A DNA stretch of 64,000 nucleotides from contig QYPL01000012.1 of the NCBI GenBank assembly GCA_007280515.1, positions 5,614 through 69,613 of the forward strand, written 5' to 3'. Of the stretch, positions 40,701 through 48,889 are shown piece by piece (the first letter of the stretch is position 1; each line of letters opens with the position of its first letter). The translations under genes were made by a program, and so were the position numbers. This DNA comes from Sediminibacterium sp. GTDB lineage: Bacteria; Bacteroidota; Bacteroidia; Chitinophagales; Chitinophagaceae. The notes under the pieces were generated by a model that worked only from the letters and a program-made list of their open reading frames with translations, was not told the origin of the DNA and ran no database searches.

Positions 40701-41090
40701 TTTATAACGAAGTACCGCTTCTCTACATTTCTTATTATACTCTTCTACACTTATCTTCTTGCCAATATCTTCTTTGGTAATCCCCAATTCTTTTTCTACA
40801 CCTAATTCAACAGGTAAACCATGGGTATCCCATCCACCTTTTCTTTTTACTTGGAAACCTTGCATGGTTTTATACCTACATACCATATCCTTTAAAGTTC
40901 TAGAAATAACATGGTGAATGCCTGGCATTCCATTGGCACTCGGAGGCCCTTCATAAAAAACAAAGGGGGGCTTGCCTTCTCTTATAGCTACTGACTGCTC
41001 AAAGGCCTGTTCAGACTTCCAAGAAGCCAATATCTCCGCCTCCATTTGAGGCAGATTTAATCCATTAAATTCTGGGTATTTTTTACTCAT
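37731..41090 (-). CDS. ileS: Isoleucine--tRNA ligase, type 2
   Basis: GPPSANGMPGIHH, GWDTHGLP, WTTTPWTL, KMSKR; long C-terminus without the IleRS1 zinc finger. Confidence 0.97.
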   Translation of the reverse strand: MSKKYPEFNGLNLPQMEAEILASWKSEQAFEQSVAIREGKPPFVFYEGPPSANGMPGIHHVISRTLKDMVCRYKTMQGFQVKRKGGWDTHGLPVELGVEKELGITKEDIGKKISVEEYNKKCREAVLRYKKEWDDITNKMGYWVDLNNPYITFENNYIKTLWWILSTLYKKGYLYQSVSIQPYSPAAGTGLSSHELNQPGTYKDVKDTSTVAMFKALENADSQFLFDAVTKAGSTAKSKEIFYMAWTTTPWTLPSNLGLTVGPNIEYVLVATYNPYTAIPVNVILAKNLVSKYFKEEGEGLESFAEGDKIIPWKIISTCKGSGLNGLRYEQLMPFEANDPSTFEGDPFKIVLGDFVTTEDGTGIVHTSPAFGADDYKVGQKNNLGIITLVDREGKFVEGVGEFSGRFVKNYKDEKDYQDVNVDISVKLKKENRAFKVEKYEHNYPHCWRTDKPILYYPLDAWFIKTTAVKERLIELNKTINWKPKSTGEGRFGNWLENMVDWNLSRSRYWGTPLPIWRTEDGTEEICIGSIEELTKGFLAAKEKGFNKAVDLKIIDGKLDVDLHKPYVDQIELVSASGQAMKRVLDLVDVWFDSGAMPYAQWHYPFENKDLIDKGQAFPADFICEGVDQTRGWFYTLHTLGVLLFDSVAYKAVMSNGLVLDKNGNKMSKRLGNVVNPFETIEKYGADATRWYLVTNASPWDNLKFDMSGIQEVQRKFFGTLYNTYQFFVLYANVDDFHFEQATIPLAERPEIDRWIISSLHTLIQTVTTSMDDFEPTTAGRAIETFVDEHLSNWYVRLCRRRFWKGTYTQDKIAAYQTLYECIETITKLMAPIAPFFCDQVFRNLNSVTQKHNYSSIHHAPFPIADSSKIDTALETRMQMAQDICSLVLSIRKKVNIKVRQPLQKILIPVLDPATKTAIELMEELILAEVNVKEINYITETEGVISKKVKANFKLLGAKLGTKMKQASAVIANLTQAQITSLEKEGSLALDIEGETIQLLINEVDIIAEDIPGWSVAVKNALTVALDITISPELLKEGHARELVNRVQNIRKESNFELTDKILLEIEDNTDLKESIIQFSGYICREILAVQIDFLPALKEGVEVDINDHKLRISVRQKG

Positions 41091-41196
41091 ACAACGCTTT
41101 ATCCTAACTCATTTTTAGGGCACGAAGGTACGAATAAGCTTGTAAAAAAGGCCAGCCTTGATTTGGATTGATGATTAGGGGATAAGTTCGTAAAAA

Positions 41197-41862
41197 CTAA
41201 GCTTGAGGCTCCTCTTGGCTTAGCTTGTTGGCTTGGTCGGTAGAAATGTCTGTATCACTGAAGAACTTCTTTTGAAAAATAAATAAAGTAATAACCCCGG
41301 TGCTAATGGATGCATCGGCAAAATTAAATACAGGTCGGAAAAATTCAAATTCTTCCCCTGCCCAAATAGGGAACCAACTTGGAAAATGAGCATTTTGAAT
41401 AATGGGGAAATAAAACATGTCTACTACTCTTCCATGTAAAAAACTACCATAGCCTCCACGAGGCGGAAATAATTGCGCTACCATGGTTGTATAAGGTACA
41501 CTTGCTTCAAATATGAGCCCGTAAAACAAAGAGTCTATTAAATTACCCACCGCACCGGCATAAATTAAGGCAGCACAAAAAATAAAACCATTGTGGTATT
41601 TTTTTTCAATGAAGCCCTTGATTAAAAAAGTGCCCCAAATAACAGCAGCTAAGCGAAACAAGGTCAAGATTATTTTTCCAAAACCGCCCCCAAATTTTAA
41701 GCCCCAAGCCATGCCTTCGTTTTCAATAAAATGAAGCCTTGCCCATGAACCTACTATTGCATGCTCTTCCCCAATAAAATAATTGAGTTTAATATAAAAC
41801 TTAATGGCTTGATCGATGAAAATAATTAAAGCAATGAGTAAGGCAACCTTTTTCCCGTTCAT
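41197..41862 (-). CDS. lspA: Lipoprotein signal peptidase
   Basis: NEGMAWG, GAVGNLID, VVDM, PVFNFAD. Confidence 0.93.
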   Translation of the reverse strand: MNGKKVALLIALIIFIDQAIKFYIKLNYFIGEEHAIVGSWARLHFIENEGMAWGLKFGGGFGKIILTLFRLAAVIWGTFLIKGFIEKKYHNGFIFCAALIYAGAVGNLIDSLFYGLIFEASVPYTTMVAQLFPPRGGYGSFLHGRVVDMFYFPIIQNAHFPSWFPIWAGEEFEFFRPVFNFADASISTGVITLFIFQKKFFSDTDISTDQANKLSQEEPQA

Positions 41863-41914
41863 AAATTTGGTATAATGTAGATTTTGTATAATCTGCTGCA
41901 AATATAGTATAGTT

Positions 41915-42883
41915 TTAGGGAGCTGGTTCTGAATTTCCTTTTGCTAATTTTCTCTTGCTAGTGAAAATAGAATAAAAAATAGAACCTGAAATACAAAAGA
42001 TAATAACCATTAAGGAAATAAGTACCTGTGTATTTTTGTCTAACCAAATATTAATATAGTGTTCGCCTAACATTTTAACACCAATAAAAACTAATACAAT
42101 GGCAATACCTTGTTGTAAATGCTCAAACTGGTTCACAGCTCCTCTTAATAAAAAGAACAATGAACGTAGTCCTAGTATGGCGAAAATATTGGAAGTATAA
42201 ATGACCAAACTACTTCTTGAAATACCCATCACCGCAGGAATGGAGTCCAAGGCAAATACAATATCAATGGCTGCTAAAAGTACCACCACTACAAATAAGC
42301 TTGTATACAAAGGTTTATTGTTGTGGTCTTTGATGACAAACTTACCATCACCATCGGTATTGCCAATGGGTAAGAATTTTTTTAAAAAGATATATACTTT
42401 AGAGCTATGTGGATCGAAGCTATCTTCCTCGCCTGCTATAAACATTTTATAACCAGTATACACTAGGAAGACTCCAAAAATATAAAGTACCCATGCAAAT
42501 TTTGCCACTAGTGCTACACCAACAGTAATAAAAATAACCCTGAACAAAATAGCCGCTAGTATACCTATTAATAATACTCTTGGTATATGTTTTTCTTTTA
42601 CTTTAAATGCATTGAAAATTAAAATGAAGACAAAAATATTGTCAATACTTAAACTCCATTCCATCAGGTAACCGCTTAGATATTCAAAACCTAATTTTTG
42701 CCCTTCTTCTACCCACATAAACACAAAAAAAGCAAGCGCTAATAATACCCAAAAAAAAGTTTGACGTAAGGCTTGCTTTAAAGTAATAATAGCATTTTTT
42801 TTACTTAAAAACCCTAGGTCTAAGATTAATGCAAAAAGAATAACCACTCCAAAAACAAGATATACTAATTGATCTGTTGACAT
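41915..42883 (-). CDS. TerC/Alx family membrane protein
   Basis: EWSLSIDN, DIVFALDSIPA, TSNIFAILGLR. Confidence 0.92.
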   Translation of the reverse strand: MSTDQLVYLVFGVVILFALILDLGFLSKKNAIITLKQALRQTFFWVLLALAFFVFMWVEEGQKLGFEYLSGYLMEWSLSIDNIFVFILIFNAFKVKEKHIPRVLLIGILAAILFRVIFITVGVALVAKFAWVLYIFGVFLVYTGYKMFIAGEEDSFDPHSSKVYIFLKKFLPIGNTDGDGKFVIKDHNNKPLYTSLFVVVVLLAAIDIVFALDSIPAVMGISRSSLVIYTSNIFAILGLRSLFFLLRGAVNQFEHLQQGIAIVLVFIGVKMLGEHYINIWLDKNTQVLISLMVIIFCISGSIFYSIFTSKRKLAKGNSEPAP

Positions 42884-42906
42884 ACCATAAAGTTACAACT
42901 TACTTA

Positions 42907-45348
42907 CTAAATAGCAAATTGGCGTTTTCGATACCCTGTCCAAATTAAAAATAAAAACCCTAATAGCAATAGCGGCCCAATGACTAAAATAATTTGTATA
43001 AATAGTCTATGCTCCTCTACTTTTTCACGATTTAATAAACGCAGTATTTGCTGTTTACTTCGAGTATCTAATAAACCATTGGGCTCATTTAAATAAGCAA
43101 TCGTATTTACAAAAAAATCATGATTGGCAAACTTGTACTCTTCAAAAGGCATCATTCCCATGGGCAAGGGTCCTCTTTTCAGATCCACTTGGTTGGTAAG
43201 AATATCTGCATCCGAAATAACTATTTGTTTTGAAATAGCAGTCCCTTTTTCTAAATAACCTCTGCCAGAAGAGGCCTTGATGCTATCGAGCATGGCAGCA
43301 TTCATTCTATTAGAAAATAAAGAAGGAAATTTACCTTCTATTAAAACAGCTACAGCTAAATGATTTTTTTGAAAACTTTCCAATTCGCCTTCTTGTTTAC
43401 CGCTATTGATATCAACCACAGAAGGTGAGCTAAGTATACGACTATTAGAGTCGGTACTTAGTAAAATTGTTTTGCGAATACCTTTAACCGCAATGGTGTC
43501 TATGCTGGAAGGAAAATAAGTTAATACTCTATCTATATTTTGAACAATGGGACTCATTTCATTGCCTTGTAAAAAAGGAGAATAAGGCCAAGGCATTCTT
43601 TGTATAATGGGGCTTCCATTTTCCTCCTTACCCACAACCATGGGAAGTTTTGCGCAATTTAAATCTTGTACCAAATTGGAATTAATTCTTACCCCATATT
43701 TAAAAAGTAAATCATCTAAAGCTAGACTTCTATCATAAGCAATATAAGATGATTGCTTTTTTTGTAAACTGTCATACTCTGCAACTAATTTATCAATAGC
43801 CCATACAATATTTCCACCTCCCATTATATATTGGTCCAATTTTAATTTATCGAGCTCTGTAAAAGGTTGGCTAGGCTTTACAATAAGTAATGTTTTAATT
43901 TTTTGAGCATTCGGAAAACCTTTCTTTAAATCAAATACCGCTAAATTATAATTATGCATAATTGATTCCCCTAAATCATTCACCGTTAAATTAACGGGCT
44001 CCCCATTACCTGTTAAATAAGCAATATTGGGTACCGACTTTCTATTTAATAAATAAAGTGCTTGTGTAAACTTATATTCTAGTAAAGAAACTGCGGCATT
44101 CGCAGTTGCCTGGTTATCTTCTTCGGGAATATCTTTTACAATATTATAGGGTTTGAAATATTTTTTACTACTACGAAGGTCAATCACCATGGGAGACTGG
44201 CCTTCTACTTCAATAAGTGCTCCAGGAATCATTAACTGCTCCACTCTTTTATCGGAAGGACCATTTTCAGTTTGTATTTTTTGAATAGGTAAACCCAATT
44301 TTGATAAACTATCATAAAATTGATATAAGGCATCGTTTTTATATAATTCCCCAGGTACTTCAATATCCCAGTGAATGGCCTTAGGATTAATTTGTTTGAA
44401 ATGATTTAATAATTCTGCAGTAGATACAGCAATGGTTTTGTAATAAGCGGGTAGCTCCCCCCCTAAATAAAGATGAATTTTTACAGGTTTTTTTATAGCA
44501 GATACAATTTTCTCTGTGCTTTCACTAAAAGTATACCTATGCTCTTTAGTTAGATCGAATTGATAGCTATAAAAAGAAAAAAATACATTTATAATAATCA
44601 AAGCACCTACTGTAATGGCATATTTCACTTTCCCCTTAATATTTTCAATACTACCCAGACCAAATAAAACAAGTATCGATAAAAAATAAACGATGTCCTC
44701 TGCAGTTAGCAGGCCTTTACTCATATTTAAATAATGTGCTTCTAGGCCTAACTTACTTATAAAATGATTGGTGCCATTCGCAAAAGCTGGAAGGTAACTT
44801 AGCAGATAAAAACCTTTAAATAAAACAATACAAACCAAAATGGAAATTAATAAAGAAACTAAATTATTCTTTGTAATGCTGCTAATATAAATGCCCACCA
44901 TAGTATAACTAGCCGCTAGAAATAATAAACCAAAATACGAACCATAAGTAGCTCCAAAGTCTAAGCCTCCAACATCACTTAAAACATGTAAAGTATAAGC
45001 GTAACATAATGTAGGCGCTATTGCCACAATAACAATTAATAAATTACCTAAAAATTTGCCCAATACTAATTGTAAGGGACTAATAGGTAAGGTTCTAATA
45101 ATTTCATAAGTACCCTGCTTGTATTCATCAGAAAAGCTATGCATGGTAATAGCGGGCACTAAGAGTAGTAAAAACCAAGGGGCAAAATCGAAATAAGCCT
45201 GCAAAGAAGCATAGCCAAAGTCGAGTACATTAAAATTAGGAAGTACAAATAAGACAAGCCCATTGACCATTAAGTAAAAGCCAATGATTAAATAGCCTGT
45301 TAAGCCATTGAAATACTGCGCCCATTCTTTTTTACAAATTGCCCACAT
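42907..45348 (-). CDS. Fused gliding-associated ABC permease GldF and GldG
   Basis: N-terminal GldF-like permease (PAITM..F..E...GT.E) continuing in frame into GldG (DLTKEHRYT, GNGEP, LDQYIM.GG, N.DF..N). Confidence 0.85.
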   Translation of the reverse strand: MWAICKKEWAQYFNGLTGYLIIGFYLMVNGLVLFVLPNFNVLDFGYASLQAYFDFAPWFLLLLVPAITMHSFSDEYKQGTYEIIRTLPISPLQLVLGKFLGNLLIVIVAIAPTLCYAYTLHVLSDVGGLDFGATYGSYFGLLFLAASYTMVGIYISSITKNNLVSLLISILVCIVLFKGFYLLSYLPAFANGTNHFISKLGLEAHYLNMSKGLLTAEDIVYFLSILVLFGLGSIENIKGKVKYAITVGALIIINVFFSFYSYQFDLTKEHRYTFSESTEKIVSAIKKPVKIHLYLGGELPAYYKTIAVSTAELLNHFKQINPKAIHWDIEVPGELYKNDALYQFYDSLSKLGLPIQKIQTENGPSDKRVEQLMIPGALIEVEGQSPMVIDLRSSKKYFKPYNIVKDIPEEDNQATANAAVSLLEYKFTQALYLLNRKSVPNIAYLTGNGEPVNLTVNDLGESIMHNYNLAVFDLKKGFPNAQKIKTLLIVKPSQPFTELDKLKLDQYIMGGGNIVWAIDKLVAEYDSLQKKQSSYIAYDRSLALDDLLFKYGVRINSNLVQDLNCAKLPMVVGKEENGSPIIQRMPWPYSPFLQGNEMSPIVQNIDRVLTYFPSSIDTIAVKGIRKTILLSTDSNSRILSSPSVVDINSGKQEGELESFQKNHLAVAVLIEGKFPSLFSNRMNAAMLDSIKASSGRGYLEKGTAISKQIVISDADILTNQVDLKRGPLPMGMMPFEEYKFANHDFFVNTIAYLNEPNGLLDTRSKQQILRLLNREKVEEHRLFIQIILVIGPLLLLGFLFLIWTGYRKRQFAI

Positions 45349-45361
45349 GGTTCAAAGCTAC

Positions 45362-45391
45362 AAAAAAATGCCCCGTGATAACGGAGCATTT
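45362..45391 (-). terminator. Terminator of the isc operon
   Basis: Minus strand ATGCTCCGT-N4-ACGGGGCAT followed by a T tract. Confidence 0.75.
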
Positions 45392-45447
45392 AATATTATA
45401 ATTATCTTATGATTTTTATGGTTAGCCTATCTAAGAACCTGTTGAAC

Positions 45448-45804
45448 TTAAACTGCAAAGCTTTCTCCACAGCCACAACTTCTACTTGCATTAGGATTAT
45501 TGAAGTAAAAGCCTTTTCCATTTAATCCATCTGAAAATTCTAACTCGGTATTCACTAAATATAAAAAGCTTTTTAAATCGGTAACAATTTTAACCCCATT
45601 GTCTTCAAATACTTGATCCATGGGCTTAATTTCATTATCAAAATCGAGTTTATAACTTAATCCAGAACAACCGCCCCCTACTACTCCTACTCTTAAAAAA
45701 TAGCTAGCATCACCTGTAACGCCAGCGTCTTGCATTAACTGCAATACCTTGGACTTTGCCTTAGCACTTACATATATTGAATTCTCTTGGGCTACTTCGC
45801 TCAT
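45448..45804 (-). CDS. iscA: A-type Fe-S carrier (IscA/HesB)
   Basis: GGCSG, CGCGESF. Confidence 0.92.
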   Translation of the reverse strand: MSEVAQENSIYVSAKAKSKVLQLMQDAGVTGDASYFLRVGVVGGGCSGLSYKLDFDNEIKPMDQVFEDNGVKIVTDLKSFLYLVNTELEFSDGLNGKGFYFNNPNASRSCGCGESFAV

Positions 45805-45827
45805 AGGTTATAAATAGAAGACCTAAA

Positions 45828-46244
45828 TTAAACGTGGCTTTGCTCAAATACTAATTCAGCCAATCCGTTTTTAACACGGAAATCATTAATAGCTGCTTTA
45901 ATAGCATCTTCTGCTAAAACAGAACAGTGAATTTTAACAGGAGGTAAATTTAATTCCTCTACTAAATCCATATTGTCAATTTTAACTGCTTCGTCAATTG
46001 TTTTTCCTTTTAACCACTCTGTAGCTAAAGAAGAAGAGGCAATGGCAGAACCACAACCAAATGTTTTAAACTTAGCATCGGTAATAAGACCAGTAGCTTC
46101 GTCTACTTCTATTTGCAAACGCATTACGTCACCACACTCTGGTGCGCCTACTAAACCAGTACCTACGCTTTTAGAGGCTTTATCTAATGTTCCTACATTT
46201 TTAGGATTAGAATAATGATCGATTACTTTATCTGAGTATGCCAT
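45828..46244 (-). CDS. iscU: Fe-S scaffold IscU
   Basis: GAPECGD, FGCGSA, LPPVKIHCS. Confidence 0.96.
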   Translation of the reverse strand: MAYSDKVIDHYSNPKNVGTLDKASKSVGTGLVGAPECGDVMRLQIEVDEATGLITDAKFKTFGCGSAIASSSLATEWLKGKTIDEAVKIDNMDLVEELNLPPVKIHCSVLAEDAIKAAINDFRVKNGLAELVFEQSHV

Positions 46245-46381
46245 TTTATTTTTATTTTATATTTTCAAAATTATTAAAAAAAATCAAGAACTTATGTTAA
46301 GCTTATTTTAATGTATCCATTTGACAATGTACACATTAAAATTTCAAGACTCGAAACCTTCAGTTTCTCATCTTGTAATGT

Positions 46382-47599
46382 TTAATGATGTGCCCATTGA
46401 ATTGCGTCAATGTCAATCCCTTCTTTAAACATTTCCCATAAAGGACTCATTTCTCTTAGTTTTAAAACAGTATCGGTTACGGCTTTAATCGTAAAATCAA
46501 TTTGTTCTTCAGTGGTATATCTTCCTAAACCAAAACGAAGTGAGCTATGTGCTAAATCATCGCCTAAGCCCAATGCTTTTAAAACATAACTAGGCTCTAA
46601 GGAAGCGGATGTACAAGCCGAACCAGAAGATAAAGCGATGTCTTTGTTAAAGCCCATCATCAAACCTTCTCCTTCCACATATTTAAAAGAGATATTACTT
46701 ACATGCGGTAAACGGTGCGCTGGATTACCATTTACATAAGTCTCATCAATTACTTTTAAGGCGTTTTCTAACTTGTCTCTTAATTTTGAAACTCTTTCTG
46801 TATCAGCAGCCATATCTGTCCTTGCTATTTCTGCAGCTTTACCAAAGCCGACAATACCAGGAACGTTTAAAGTACCACTACGCATTCCTCTTTCGTGGCC
46901 TCCGCCATCTATTTGTGCCGTTACTTTTACACGTGGATTTTTTCTTCTCACATACAAGGCACCTACCCCTTTAGGGCCATACATTTTATGTGCAGTAAAG
47001 GACATTATATCAATTCCGTCTGCAATAACATTCACAGGAATTTTTCCTACTGCTTGCACTGCATCCGAGAAATAAAGTGCTCCATGCTTTTTAGCAATGG
47101 CTGCAATTTCTTTCACCGGTTGAATTACACCAATTTCATTATTGGCATACATGATAGCTACTAAAATAGTAGTAGGCTTCATGGCAGCTTCTAATTGTTT
47201 TAAATCAACTAAACCATCGGGTTGAACTTCTAAATAAGTAACTTCTGCGCCTAATTTTTCTAAGTGTTTGCAAGTATCCAAAACAGCCTTATGTTCTGTG
47301 GTACAAGTAATAATATGATTGCCCTTGCTTGCATACATTTCATATACACCTTTGATGCCTAGGTTATTTCCTTCGGTAGCACCTGAGGTGAATATAATTT
47401 CTTTAGGATCGGCTCCAATTAATTGGGCAATTTGCTCACGGGCGTAATCCACTGCTTCCTCAGCTTGCCATCCAAAAGAATGGTTACGACTAGCCGCATT
47501 TCCGAAGTTTTCGAGAAAATAAGGTAACATCGCTTCTAAAACCCTAGGATCCATGGGGGTAGTTGAATTATGATCAAGATAAATTGGTAATTTTAACAT
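46382..47599 (-). CDS. iscS: Cysteine desulfurase IscS
   Basis: [22 protein letters not shown]; start 47599. Confidence 0.96.
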   Translation of the reverse strand: MLKLPIYLDHNSTTPMDPRVLEAMLPYFLENFGNAASRNHSFGWQAEEAVDYAREQIAQLIGADPKEIIFTSGATEGNNLGIKGVYEMYASKGNHIITCTTEHKAVLDTCKHLEKLGAEVTYLEVQPDGLVDLKQLEAAMKPTTILVAIMYANNEIGVIQPVKEIAAIAKKHGALYFSDAVQAVGKIPVNVIADGIDIMSFTAHKMYGPKGVGALYVRRKNPRVKVTAQIDGGGHERGMRSGTLNVPGIVGFGKAAEIARTDMAADTERVSKLRDKLENALKVIDETYVNGNPAHRLPHVSNISFKYVEGEGLMMGFNKDIALSSGSACTSASLEPSYVLKALGLGDDLAHSSLRFGLGRYTTEEQIDFTIKAVTDTVLKLREMSPLWEMFKEGIDIDAIQWAHH

Positions 47600-47709
47600 A
47601 ACGGAATTTAATTTTTTCTGTAGCACAAAGCTAAAGCTAAAGGCTTGATTTTATTGAATTCGTTATATATTAAAGGTAATTTTTTCCCAATTCGTAAAAC
47701 AACAAAACC

Positions 47710-48111
47710 ATGGATTATAAGGTAGAACATATAGGCATTGCAGTAAAAGACCTAGCCACCAGCATCCCTTTATTCGAACAATTTTTAGGAAGCCCCTGCT
47801 ATAAAACCGAATCCGTTGATAGTGAAGCCGTGAATACGGCCTTTTTTCTTCAACAAAGTACCAAAATTGAGTTATTGGAAAGCAGCGACCCTACTGGGCC
47901 CATTGCGAAGTTTATAGATAAAAAAGGAGAAGGCATGCACCATATTGCTTTTGAAGTGCCTGATATTGTAGCGGAAATGGAAAGATTAAAAAAACTTGGC
48001 TTCACCCTTTTGAATGAAACACCTAAAAAAGGCGCTGATAATAAATTAATTTGTTTTGTGCACCCCAAAGAAACAGGTGGTGTTCTTATTGAACTTTGTC
48101 AAAGTATTTAA
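47710..48111 (+). CDS. mce: Methylmalonyl-CoA epimerase
   Basis: HIGIAV, GEGMHHIAF, FVHPK.TGGVLIEL. Confidence 0.92.
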   Translation: MDYKVEHIGIAVKDLATSIPLFEQFLGSPCYKTESVDSEAVNTAFFLQQSTKIELLESSDPTGPIAKFIDKKGEGMHHIAFEVPDIVAEMERLKKLGFTLLNETPKKGADNKLICFVHPKETGGVLIELCQSI

Positions 48112-48175
48112 ATATAAAAGCCTTTAATATACTTGTAGTAATTATATACTTTCAATAATTATATTCTTCTAATAA

Positions 48176-48883
48176 TTAAATCCCTAAAATTTCAATGGCT
48201 TTTTGTGCCGCTAATTGGCTGGCATCTTTTTTAGTATAGCCTTTTTGAGCGGTGATTACTTCCCCATCTAGCACCACATTAATGGTGAATAATCTTCTTC
48301 TTCCTTCTAGCTGTTCACCTGCTAATACAAAATCTATTTGCTTGCCTTGCTTTAAAGCCCAACCAATAATTTTATTTTTTATATTAATATCTATTTGCTC
48401 TAAATCGTCCATGAACAAATAAGGCTGTATCATTTTCTCTATGATCCAAAGTTTAGTAAAATCGTATTTCTTGTCTAAATAAATAGCGCCCACCAAGGCT
48501 TCCAAGGTATTGCCAAAAATTTGACTTGTTTTCAAAGACCCATCCATTTTATTAAACCTTGTCATTTTGCGCAGCCCCATTTGCACTGCAATATGATTCA
48601 GCTGCTGCCTATTCACCATCTTGCTGCGCATCTCTGTTAAAAAACCTTCTCCTTTGTAGGGATATTTTTTAAATAAATAATCGGCCACCACCGAACTTAT
48701 AATAGCGTCGCCTAAAAATTCTAGTCTTTCATTATTTTCTTCAGGATTCTCTCTAACAGATCTATGATTCAATGCAGTTTGAAAAAGTACAATACTTTTT
48801 GTTTGATAGCCAATAAGTGCTGCTAAATTTTTTTCAAAATCAGATTTTTTGAAAAAGGAAAGTAGAGTTTGTATTCTTTTCAC
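48176..48883 (-). CDS. rnc: Ribonuclease III
   Basis: NERLEFLGDA, EALVGAIYLD, dsRBD; acpP-fabF-rnc context. Confidence 0.95.
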   Translation of the reverse strand: MKRIQTLLSFFKKSDFEKNLAALIGYQTKSIVLFQTALNHRSVRENPEENNERLEFLGDAIISSVVADYLFKKYPYKGEGFLTEMRSKMVNRQQLNHIAVQMGLRKMTRFNKMDGSLKTSQIFGNTLEALVGAIYLDKKYDFTKLWIIEKMIQPYLFMDDLEQIDINIKNKIIGWALKQGKQIDFVLAGEQLEGRRRLFTINVVLDGEVITAQKGYTKKDASQLAAQKAIEILGI

Positions 48884-48889
48884 TTTAAA

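Noticed and set aside
42884-42906. yybP-ykoY (Mn) riboswitch upstream of terC
   Set aside because: Only 23 bp of intergenic space.
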